Shown here piece after piece: positions 23,770-34,405 of a stretch of 64,000 nucleotides of DNA. The notes beneath the pieces are model-generated. The model did not search any database and was not told the DNA's origin. It worked only from the letters and a program-made list of their open reading frames with translations. The DNA is from Entomortierella parvispora E1425. Its lineage: Eukaryota > Fungi > Mortierellomycota. The stretch lies in assembly GCA_020891255.1 (NCBI GenBank), contig BQFW01000002.1:3720001-3784000 (forward strand), given 5' to 3'. Every line of letters begins with the position of its first letter. Position 1 is the first letter of the stretch. The translations under genes were made by a program, and so were the position numbers.

Positions 23770-26700
23770 GGCTGCATCTCCATCGATGCCTCCGTGGGGT
23801 CCCTTTTCTATTCTGCCCAATTCCATGATTCCTTATTTCTAGAAACCTGGGCATCGATGACATGTACTTTGCCTCCGAGTCGGTCGAGTCGATCGCCAAC
23901 CATATCATGGCTCTCTATGGTGCAAAGATCTTTGCTTACACCAAGAACGACAACGGTCTCGACATCAACTTGGAGCGCGAGACCGAGGAAGGCGCCGTCT
24001 ACATCCACACCTCGCGCCCAGGTGTCTCTCAGCTCTATGGACCCCAGCACGAGAAGAGGTAAAACATTGCTTTTCCTGTCTTTTATTTTCTTTTGCTTGA
24101 AAGAAAAGCACTGGAACCGCACAAGTTTGTTTGGACTGGAGGATGTGTGGTTTGGAGTGACCCATGCAATGTAATTTGGGTTTCTGTTGTTTGCAGTCCC
24201 TTGCCGCATTGGTGTCGAGCCGCATTGGTGTTAGGAAAGAAGCCAAAGACAGGGGAGGGAGAGGGCAGGTGCGCGTTCATTTTTTTTCCTTCTTTTGTTC
24301 TGTTGTTTTGTGTATGTCATCGACCCAGACCTGGGACCCGTGTTCAATCCCTGGGGGCCTTTCTGGTGCAGTTTCGTCGTCATCGGGGACAGGACTTGCG
24401 TGCTACTTTACGGTTTAGCATTTTTTTTTATTTTCCTAACTCCACACGCTGCCACGATCTGATCTACGAATGGTTCCATCAATTGCCCCCAGGTCGCTAT
24501 TTGAATTGTGACTAGGATGAGCAATGCCAACGATCCAACGACGCCAGCGCGCAAGAGCATGGGTAGTGGGGGTAAAGCAGTGCCAAGGGGGAACGCAAAC
24601 TGCGAGTGAGGGTTGAGTGCGTGAATTTAATAGAACGTCACGAATGGATCAGAGATGCGGGGGACAGGGGAGATCGAATTCTCTCGTCCGTATTGTCTTG
24701 CTTGATTCAAGATCGTGCCATGATCCAACCGACTCACCCTACTACGGCTTCAATTGGCCGTTTTTCTCCAATAGAATCGACTCAAAGTACCTCGACGTCA
24801 GCAACACGGAACGCGCGTACCGTCTGGAGTCTTACCGCTCCAAGGGAACTGTTTCGTCCTCATCCTCCACTCAGCTCCGTACCTACTTTGTGCGTGAGTG
24901 TTCCTTTGTGAACCCCGCCCCCACCAAGGAGCAGGAGAATGACATCCGCGAGACCGCTGACAAGTCCTTCCTCGAGAAGGCCACTGACAACACCCTCGAG
25001 ATCTACTCGAGCGTCATGAAGACCGCCTTGAGCCGCACTGGACCCGTCATTGAGATGTTTGAGGTTGAGGGCTCCCGCGAGCGTCGCCTCGTCATTGCCT
25101 ACAAGCAGCAGACCACCCAGTCCTTCTTCTCTGCTATTTCGGATTTGTACCATTACTACGACTTGTACTCGACCCGCAAGTATGTCGAGCAATTCTCCAA
25201 CGGTATCACCATCGTCTCTCTCTACTTGAACCAGATTCCCAAGTCGACTGCTCCCCCAATTGAGCACTCAATCCACCAGATCATCAAGGAGGCCTCTTTG
25301 ATTTACTGCTTGCCAACTACCCCTCTCCAGAGCTTCTTCCAGACCAACAAGTTGTCAGTCCAGGAGTCGATTTACGGTTACATTGGATGGATTTTTGCTC
25401 AACATTTCTTGAATCGTCTCGGAAACGAATACACCTCTTTGGTCAACATTCTGGATACCAACAACTCGACTCATCAGGATGTGCTCACAAAGATGAAGAA
25501 GCGTCTCCGTACCGATACGTTTACTCGTGATTACATCCTCGAGATTATCAAGATGTACCCCGAGCTCGTCAAGTTGCTGTACATCAATTTTGCCATGATC
25601 CACTACGTCAACCCCTCCATCAACTCGCTCAAGCCCACGCTCTCTTACCAGCGTCTGCGCACGGACAACATCTTGACAGAGGAGGAGCTGTACGAGAAGA
25701 TCAAGCGTACCACCTCCAACTCGCATGAGCTGATGGTCTTTGAATCCTTCTTGATCTTCAACAAGCACGTCTTGAAGACCAACTTTTACCAGCCCACCAA
25801 GGTTGCTCTCTCCTTCCGCATGGACCCCGCTTTCTTGCCCGAAATCGAGTACCCCACCAAGCTCTTTGGCATGTTCCTCGTCATTGGTTCCGAGTTCCGT
25901 GGTTTCCACTTGCGTTTCCGTGATGTGGCCCGTGGTGGTATCCGAATCATCCGCTCCCGTAACAGAGAGGCCTACTCCATCAACTTGCGCTCTCTTTTTG
26001 ACGAGAACTATGCTCTCGCCGCCACTCAGCAGCGCAAGAACAAGGATATTCCCGAGGGTGGTTCCAAGGGTACCATTCTCTTGGATGTGAACCAGCAGGA
26101 TAAGCCCTTGGTGGCTTTTGAAAAGTACGTGGACGCCATTTTGGACTTGCTCATCTTGGGACAGACCCCCGGCATCAAGGAGCGCATCGTCGACCTCTAC
26201 AGAAAGCCCGAGATCTTGTTCTTTGGCCCTGATGAGGGTACTGCCGACTACATGGACTGGGCCTCGGCCCATGCTCGCGAGCGTGGCGCTTCGTTCTGGA
26301 AAGCCTTCACCACTGGCAAGTCGCAGTCCTTGGGAGGCATCCCTCACGACACCTATGGTATGACCACCCGCTCTGTCCACCAATATGTCCTCGGTATCTA
26401 CCGCAAGTTGGGACTCAAGGAGGAGAACTGCACCAAGCTCCAGACCGGAGGACCCGATGGTGATTTGGGATCGAACGAGATCAAGATCTCCAAGGACAAG
26501 ACCTGCGGTATCGTCGATGGTTCCGGTGTCTTGTACGATGCCGAGGGTATTGACAGGACCGAGTTGCATCGTTTGGCCGAGAGCCGTTTGATGATTTCCA
26601 ACTTTGATGTGTCCAAGTTGTCGCCCAAGGGATTCCGTGTGTTGGTGGATGAGGTCAACGTGAAGTTGCCCTCGGGCGAGGTCATTGATGACGGTCTTTC

Positions 26701-27433
26701 GTTCCGTAACAACTTCCACTTGAACTCGATGGTGCACTGCCAGGTCTTTGTGCCCTGCGGTGGTCGTCCCGAGTCTGTGGATCTTCAGAACGTGAGCCGT
26801 CTTTTGGACCATGAGAACCACCCCCGTTTCAAGTTCATTGTCGAGGGTGCCAACTTGTTCTTTACGCAGGAGGCACGTCTTCGCTTGGAGCGTGCCGGTA
26901 CTGTCGTGTTCAAGGATGCATCTGCCAACAAGGGAGGCGTGACCTCGTCCTCGCTCGAGGTCTTGGCTGCCTTGTCCTTCAACGACGAAGAGTTCGCCGA
27001 GCACATGCAGGTCACGGAAGATCACATCCCCGCTTTCTACCAGGACTATGTCAAGGAAGTGCAGACCATCATTGAGAGAAACGCCCAATTGGAGTTTGAG
27101 GCTCTCTGGCGCGAGCACCAGCGGACAAAGACGCCTCGTTCCATCTTGTCCGATGACTTGTCTCTTGCGATCGTGAAGTTGAACGAGAACCTGCAGCACA
27201 CTTCGCTCTGGGACAACCTTCCCTTGCGTAAGGTCGTCTTGGAGGAGGCCTTCCCCAACTTGTTGTTGAAGCAGGTTGGCCTGGACACCTTGATGAAGCG
27301 TGTTCCCGAGAACTATGTCCGTGCCATCTTTGGATCTTATCTCGCTTCCAGATTCGTCTACAAGTACGGAACCGAGCCCAGTCAGTTTGCCTTCTTTGAG
27401 TTCATGACTCCTTACTTCTCCAAGGTCCAGTAA
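23301..27433 (+). CDS. GDH2: NAD-specific glutamate dehydrogenase (large fungal type), ~1019 aa; exons 23301-23485, 23843-24058, 24775-27433
   Basis: GFHLRFRDVARGGIR, KNKDIPEGGSKG, FFGPDEGTAD, GGIPHDTYGMTT, QTGGPDGDLGSNEI, EGANLFFTQEAR, KDASANKGGVTSSSLEV. Confidence 0.97.
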
Positions 27434-27717
27434 AAAAGAAGGAAGCCAACACCACACTCCCTTTTTGGGTTTTTTTCTTGAATGTGGGCACTCTTATCTT
27501 TTTTCTTTTTTTGTCTTCTTGTTTTGAGTCCACACAAAGCAGCAGTTGTAAATAAAATCGTAAAAAAAAAAATCACCGAATATGTCAAAAAGAAACCACC
27601 CTGTCAAAGAAGGATGCATGGCGATATGAGAATTAATAATTTTCGTTTTTTATTTTTGCTGAAAAAAGCATGGGTATGAACGGACGTTGGTTTGTTTTTT
27701 TGTCTCTAGGTTCGTTT

Positions 27718-29229
27718 CTAAAAGACACCGTTGGATCGTAAAAAGTTGTAGGAATGGACGAGCAAACTCTGGTTGGCAATCAAGTTGTGGCCCTGGTTCT
27801 TCAAGACGGGTTCCATGAACAAAGAGGCCGTGGTCAAGTTGAAGATCCAGGTCATGGCGATCAGGATCACGTCCGGTACGCGGACCTTTCGACCAATGGT
27901 CGAGTCCAAGATCTGGGAGACGATCGTGCCGGCACCCTGGATCAAGAAGAAGGCCGTCATGTGGCCGGGACGGATTTGCCACATGCCAATCATCATGTAT
28001 TCGTGCATCAAGCCCGACATCAGGAAAACACCCATCACAGGCAAGATCCGCTCGGCCGTCTTGGCCATTGCCTTGTTCTTGGTCTTGGGCGTCACGTACT
28101 TGTGCAAAAAGTGATAGGTGGGCTTGGCTCCCAGATCCACCCAGATGTACTGGAAGAGATGGTGCCATTGTTGCCAAAAGACGCGTGGCGAGGTGGCCAG
28201 ACCGGGGAAATAGTGCGTGACGAGGGTCCATTCGGTATTGCGGATCTTTTCTCCAGTGACGTTGGCCCAGATGATCATGAGTGTGTAGTTGGCCAGAGAA
28301 ATGTCAAAAATGACCATGGCCGCCACGCCAATCCTGACGGGCAATTGACCCAAGGTCGAAAAGGTTTGGATTTGGGCAAAGTCGATAAAGCTCATGCAAA
28401 AGACAATCACATCTACCAAGGCGGCGTAAAAGAGCCAGCGAGGAAGGTAGACGCTCCAGTGCTGTGGGTTAGGGTCCATGGGCGGGGTGTAAATCTGCTT
28501 GACGGGTTTGCCCTTCATCGCGATAGGCTTGGATGCTGTTGTTGCTGTGGTGGATGAGGTGGTAGTGGAAGTGTTTGTCGTAATCGAGTGGGTATCATTA
28601 GCGGCTGTTGTGATAGTGGCTGTTGTTTTCGTAATAGCATCCTCGTTCTTTTCGTTCTCGAGCTCCTTGTTCTTTTGCTCCACCTTGTGGGCAGCATTTC
28701 GCTCGAGCTCCATGCGAAGTCTCGACTGTTGCTGCTCGAGTTCGAGCCTTTGGAGTTGTTCTTTGCTCAAGGGGATCTTGCGGAAGGGCTCCCAGACCTC
28801 TCTCCACCAGTCTTCGAGGTTCATGGTAGGTTCTTTGCCGGTTCTCCAGGGGCGGACGTAATACAGGTCGATCATTCGCATCAATACACATCCACAGGCA
28901 CCCATATGGACCAATTGCAACAGTGGAGAGTTGATGCTCGAGGTGATCAGGGGGAAGACGGTCAATCCTAGGACAAGAGGTGCGGCCATGGCCTGTTTTT
29001 GTTGGAGGTTGAAGGGCAAAAGGAGGAGGATGTAGAGTCCACCGCCAAAGATGAAGAAGATGGAAAAGTAATAGGCGTCTGTCAAGCCGAACTGGAAGGC
29101 GTTCTTGTTTTGGAGAAGGAGACAGGGCTCGACAGGGAGCTTTTGAGGAAGGGCATTAAAGAAGGCATTGTTGGTGTATTGGTTGAGGGTGGAGAGGAGC
29201 CTCGTTGTTGAAGCGGTGAGGACCTCCAT
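27718..29229 (-). CDS. Membrane-bound O-acyltransferase (wax synthase/MBOAT_2-like), single exon, 503 aa
   Basis: Multiple TM segments; SPRVFWQQWHHLFQ and FLMSGLMHEYM, the latter carrying the catalytic His of MBOATs. Confidence 0.85.
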   Translation of the reverse strand: MEVLTASTTRLLSTLNQYTNNAFFNALPQKLPVEPCLLLQNKNAFQFGLTDAYYFSIFFIFGGGLYILLLLPFNLQQKQAMAAPLVLGLTVFPLITSSINSPLLQLVHMGACGCVLMRMIDLYYVRPWRTGKEPTMNLEDWWREVWEPFRKIPLSKEQLQRLELEQQQSRLRMELERNAAHKVEQKNKELENEKNEDAITKTTATITTAANDTHSITTNTSTTTSSTTATTASKPIAMKGKPVKQIYTPPMDPNPQHWSVYLPRWLFYAALVDVIVFCMSFIDFAQIQTFSTLGQLPVRIGVAAMVIFDISLANYTLMIIWANVTGEKIRNTEWTLVTHYFPGLATSPRVFWQQWHHLFQYIWVDLGAKPTYHFLHKYVTPKTKNKAMAKTAERILPVMGVFLMSGLMHEYMMIGMWQIRPGHMTAFFLIQGAGTIVSQILDSTIGRKVRVPDVILIAMTWIFNLTTASLFMEPVLKNQGHNLIANQSLLVHSYNFLRSNGVF

Positions 29230-30615
29230 TGTGTAATAATCTGTGCGCGAGGATGAAGAGGGCTGTCCGTGCGAAGGTTAGGTGTCCGTGAGCTGGGAGG
29301 TTGATGTTTGTAATACAGGGGAAGAAGGGGTATAATTGGAATGAGTCGTGACAAAAATATAAAGAAAGCGTAGGACGTTGAACGGATGGTTGTAGGTGGG
29401 AAGAAAGAGAAGAAAGAAGAAAGAACAACGGACGATGGGCACCTTTTTAAACAGAGAGAGCAGTGGAGCGTGCAAATATGAGTGCACAGATGGTGTTTGT
29501 TGTTGTTTTAATTAGCACTGAGAGCCATGAGAAAAAGCAAGCGACGACGACGACCAACGGATCGGATGTCATATGAAAGACTAGCTTTACATGGCTCTGC
29601 TGCCTTGAGTCTTTCTTGGCACTGTCTTGCGGTGGGAAGCGAAGGCATCCGCACGGACGGAGCAGGGCGGATGTCGAACTCTTTTTCTCTTAATCTCCAG
29701 CTTCTTGCATCTTTTCTGGCTGTCTCCCTTTCGCCCACATGCAATGGGCATTTGGTATCGTACCTCATTCACCCACATGTGTGGCGTGGAGTTCCCACAC
29801 CTGTTTAGCATCTCCACTTGTGCCTGCATCAACATGTTCTCTCCACCCACACCTTCACCCACATGTTCAAAATCCTGTTCTTTTGTACCCACGCCCGACC
29901 TTTTTCTTCTTCTTGAGCCTTTTGATAGTGCGGGCGGAGAGGAAAAAAAGAAAAGAAAAGAGGGAAACCTGTGTGTGCGCAACCCACATCGTGGTGAACA
30001 ATGAACATCGTGCATGACGCTATCTGCAGGTTGCATGTCTGGTTTGTCATGGTTTTGCCCTCAGTTTCCTTTTTTGTTTGGAAACAAGACGAGTTCACAA
30101 ACATCTTTTTTTGCTGTGTGTTTGTGTGTGCATGTGTCTTGTCGTGGTCCGATCGCAGAACCAAGGAATGAAAAAAAAAAGGCACAAGGAGCCAAGAACA
30201 GGTCAATTGGGCAGAGAGCACAAGCACACGCTATTTTTCAAGCGGATAAGAGCGAAATCCATCTCATCGCATGCCGAACCTTATGGGACATGTGGAAAGG
30301 CAGACAGAGACGGGGGCCAAGCCCGTTCGCCGGTGCGATGCGAGCCGAGGAACATAGCGTCCATCCGGGAACCGAGTTGACGGACGTTTGCATCACATCC
30401 CTTTCTTCTCCTTTGTCGATTCTCACTCTTCTCTCTCGTTCCCTCTTTCCTCTTGGCGGTTGACTGTCTGTGCGACTCAGCTCTGTTACCGCTGGAGTGC
30501 ACTGCGTCGCATCCAAAGCACTGGACGTGGCGCTCATCTCTCAGAATGGCATTCATCCCTTTCAGCCTCTCATTCAATTGTTCATTCACGTTTTGAACGG
30601 TCCGTTCTAAATAAA

Positions 30616-30946
30616 GCTAGATGGCTCGGAGAACCATGGAGGAGAGTCAGAGAAGCCTAGGAGAACTGAGTGAGGCTAGAGAATTTCGGGCAGAACTAGG
30701 AGATCCATAGGAGAAAAGTGAGAGGAGCATGGCTGTAGAGCGAGAGAAACATAGGAAAATTAGGAGACTTAAGAGGACTTGAGAGAACTAGGAGAACCAT
30801 AGGGGAACCATAGGAGAGGAGTGAGATAGGGCAGGAGAGCTCTAAGAGAATCTCAAAGAACCACAAGAGAAAAGTGTGAGAAGGTAGGACAAACCGTAGG
30901 AGAGGAGTGAAAGAAGGTAGGATCTGAGAGAGCGAGAGAACTCTAG
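30616..30946 (+). repeat. Degenerate purine-rich minisatellite (units GAGAACTAG / GAGAACCATAG / GAGAGGAGTGAGA)
   Basis: Units recur many times, for example AGAACTAG-GAGATCCATAG-GAGAAAAGTGAGA (~30692) and AGAACTAG-GAGAACCATAG-GGGAACCATAG-GAGAGGAGTGAGA (~30784). Strong A+G bias on the + strand. Confidence 0.8.
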
Positions 30947-31679
30947 CGCGTGGTTGTCAAGAGGGCGAATGTTGTGTGGCCAGCCCAATGGCCCTCCGAT
31001 ATGGGGCTTGCTGTAAACGAACACAGGAACAAAGTATACGTACCGACCGATAAACTGACCAACTGATGAGCAACGAACAACATTGACTGCAGCAGGGCCA
31101 TATCTCAACGAGCTATCAAGAGGCTGGCGATCTGGCACTGGAGGAGCAACGAACGAATGAGGCACAAACAAGCCCTGGAGGGTGCAATCTAAAGCTCTGT
31201 CATCAAACAGACGACAGACATCCAACCTGCGTCTGCTTGATACGTGGCCCCTGACAGCGAGGGGCAGGACAGCCGCAGAGATACAGACAGAGCGGCCAAC
31301 AAGAGGCGCTTCCCCACAACCCAAGCAATTTTCCGCCGTTGGGTTTGTCCACACTGCACCGCCAAATCGCCGTCCTGGGTAATTTTCCGCCACTGGATGA
31401 CGCCGAAGTTGAACCTTCGTTTCGATTCTCCCATTGATCGCGACTCACCTTTATTCTTTCCGGGGGTTACCCTTTTTATCGTCTCTCTCTCTCTCTTTCT
31501 CTCTTTCTGTTTTCTTTTCTCTTTCCTTTCTTTACTCACGCTAATTCTTTCTTCATTGTCCTTTTGTTCTCCTCATTGTACCTCTCATTCACATCTCTCA
31601 TTCAGTGCTCCATCTCTCCTTCTCTTCCTCTCCTCCTCTCCTCCAAAGTACAAAACTTCTTTTTTTTATATATATTTCC

Positions 31680-32619
31680 ATGTCACCTCACAACCTAACT
31701 GCCACAGCAGCTGCTGCCTCTGGTGCCTCTGCCTTCCCCATCCGCTGCAAGGGACTTCTCTTTGACATGGTAAGAACAACCCCTTCCCCTTCTCACCGAA
31801 GCATTGACTCGATCTGTGTGCCCCTCCCCCCCCCCCCCCCCAACAATGGACTGCGCTATCTGGATAACACCCTGGTCACAATCACAAAAACCTTGCTTTG
31901 CTCACCCCCAAATCTCAATTCCCTTTTTTTTTTATGATATTCCTTGACGATCCTCGGTGCTCTCTGCTCTTCAGGATGGCACTCTGATCGACACCACCCC
32001 CATTGTGGAGCGCCACTGGAAGATCTGGTGCGAGGCCCACAACGTCCCCTATGAGAAGCTTATCGCCACCTCCCACGGTCGTCCTTCTTTTGAGATCATG
32101 AAGGAGTGGGCACCCGACCATCTCCAGGAAGAATACCAGACCCGCGCTTACCTGGACAAGCTTGAGGGGGCTGTTGCTAACGACTTGGACGGCATGTTCT
32201 TGATCCCAGGCACCAAGGAGTTGTTGAAGACTGTCCCCAAGAGTCAGTGGGCCGTTGTGACCTCTGCAGGATACGAGATGGCAGTTCAGAGATTTCAGCA
32301 GATGGACTTGACCACACCCCCCATCTTGGTCACCGCCAGCCATGTCACCCGAGGTAAGCCTCACCCTGAGGGCTACATGTCCGCCGCCAAGCAGTTGGGA
32401 TTGGACTCCAAGGATTGCGTAGTCTTTGAGGATGCACCCGCCGGTATCAGGGCCGGTTTGGCTTCTGGCGCCAAGGCTGTTATCGGTATGAACACAGGAA
32501 CGATGCCATTGGATCATTTGGTCGAGGCTGGTGCCCACCCCATTGTCAAGAGCTTTGACGAGTTGACATTCTCGTTCCTGCCTGATGGATGGATCGAGAT
32601 CAATAAGAGAGTGGCTTAA
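31680..32619 (+). CDS. HAD-superfamily (IA variant 3) sugar/glycerol-phosphate phosphatase, DOG/GPP-like; intron 31770-31974
   Basis: Motif I LFDM|DGTLID is split by the intron; motif II VVTSAG; motif III GKPHPEGY; motif IV VVFEDAPAGIRAG. Confidence 0.9.
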
Positions 32620-34405
32620 AAAAAGGAGAACGGGCGAGAAGAACCGGACTCTCTAATTGCACATCTCTTTGTTATCATACTGTTTTTTTGTCAAGATAAG
32701 ACACAACCTTCTTATTTCCTCTGCTGTAACATTACTCTATATAAAAAAGATGTTGAAATCGGATTGGACACGTCAAATGGCCTTGTCGAAAGGAGAGAAT
32801 CCTGGGTATCTGGAGAGATCGGCATCAAAGCGTTTGCGATTGGGTAGAGAGAGCAATTGTTACGCCCAATGCTTTGCACGCGGACGGGTGCACAAAGGCA
32901 ACACACGCATTGAGAAGAGAGCAAAACCCTTTCCCCTGCAGCGTCGTCTCAGAGTCCATGCCCCTTGGAAGGGGGAGGGTGGCCCTTACGGTTCAGATTT
33001 GTAAAAAAAAAAAAAATGTCAATCACAACCAGACTAGGATTGAGCTCCCAAGGAGGAGCAACAGGGTTGCCAAAAAAGTGAAATTGTATCGCTCTTGAAC
33101 GTACTATCCGACCTCATTCCTGCACAAGAACGAGACTGGTGAATGGCGAATGTTTGTAGCGGTTCTCCACGTGCCGAGGCATGGAAAAGGAATGGGGAGG
33201 GTGCCCTACGAGAGAAGTCATATTTGCGGATGCGTACTTGTGGAGATGTAGATACGATGAGATCCTCTCCCCCTTGGCCACATCGGGTGGTCGGTCGGTC
33301 CCCCTCATAGTTCTGCACCATAAAAAAATTCATGAAGGTGGTGTTTGCGGGTATGGTATCATTCCCACATTCTTTGGCTTGACTCCATCCACGACGCTCC
33401 CTGCCCAACGTGGTACAAAAATAGAAGATGCATCTAGAAACCTCGCGTGGAGCAGAGCCATCGTTGCTGCTTCTTGCTTCCCAGGTTTGGCGCCTTGGCT
33501 GTCCTCCTACCAACCTTACATACTCCTTCTGTGTCTCAGAGTTGCACTGCACGTTCAAGTCGACGGCCAAGGGGTCCTTTCTACCTCTCATCTGGCCCAA
33601 TCTAGAGAGAGAGAGGATGTCAGCCAGGGGAATTTCTTGCCGCTCCTTCGTTCTCTTTGTCCCTCCCCCTTTCGGATGTGTTGAGAATTCCAATGCCTCC
33701 TGAACGCGTTTTTTACCCTTTTTTTGCCCTTTCTTTTCTATGAGCCGCCTCCGCTGCTGGCTGGCTCGATTCAATTCCCCCCACTCGAGCACCCCTCCTC
33801 TCCGTCCCCAAAATAAAGAGTGACCTTCTATTCTTCCTCCAGCTCTTCGCAATCTGTCCTTCCTTCTCCTTCTACATTCCTGGATAATTGGATTCGATAC
33901 CTGTCGCTGCTGATCCAGTCCAGTCCAGTCCAGTCTGTCCGACGCGTTCCTGGGATTGGACCCTTTCTTCTCTTTTCCTTTCCTTTTTCTCTCTTCTTCC
34001 CTCCACTCTCAACCTCCTTCCGTTCCGCCAATCCGTCAATCCTTGTCCCACTCTCACTCTTGTTTTTTTTTTTTGCCACTCTTGATACTCCGTCATTAAC
34101 CTACACGACGACAACAACAACAACAATAGCATCAACATTTGACAAAAAAAAAAAAAAAAAAAACCAAAGTCAAGAGAGAGGAGAAAAAAAGACCGACGCG
34201 TTATCTATTTTATTTTAAAGTACTCTTCTCTCCTCCACCTATCCATTCCATCCAAAGAGAGAGAGAGAGTTGTAGTCCGAACCATACCTTCCATCTTTCC
34301 TCCTCTCCTTTTCTCCACCATTCCCTACTTCGGCTTTATCACATCTTGTTCTGCCAACACTGCCTTTACCTGTCCTCTTTGCCCTACAGACCTCCGTTTC
34401 ACTCC

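Noticed and set aside
24617-24774. ORF-track start of the 938-aa GDH ORF
   Set aside because: It lies within GDH2 intron 2; the real exon starts after the AG at 24774.
25355-27457. 700-aa minus-strand ORF
   Set aside because: Antisense shadow of the highly codon-biased GDH2; it has no independent motifs.
31063-31078. CTGATGAG-CAA-CGAAC, hammerhead-ribozyme-like core
   Set aside because: GAAC instead of the required GAAA, and no flanking stems I/III could be formed.
30842-31393. 183-aa minus-strand ORF overlapping the GA repeat
   Set aside because: Non-ATG start, a low-complexity tail derived from the repeat, and no splice or homology support.
33034-33852. 272-aa minus-strand ORF in the HAS-like upstream region
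   Set aside because: Reverse complement of a CT-rich promoter gives R/K/G-rich nonsense; no coding bias.
34139-34405. ORF-track N-terminus of the HAS-like ORF (MTKKKKK...)
   Set aside because: Alternative-start read-through of a poly-A/CT-rich leader; the first ATG is at 34406.
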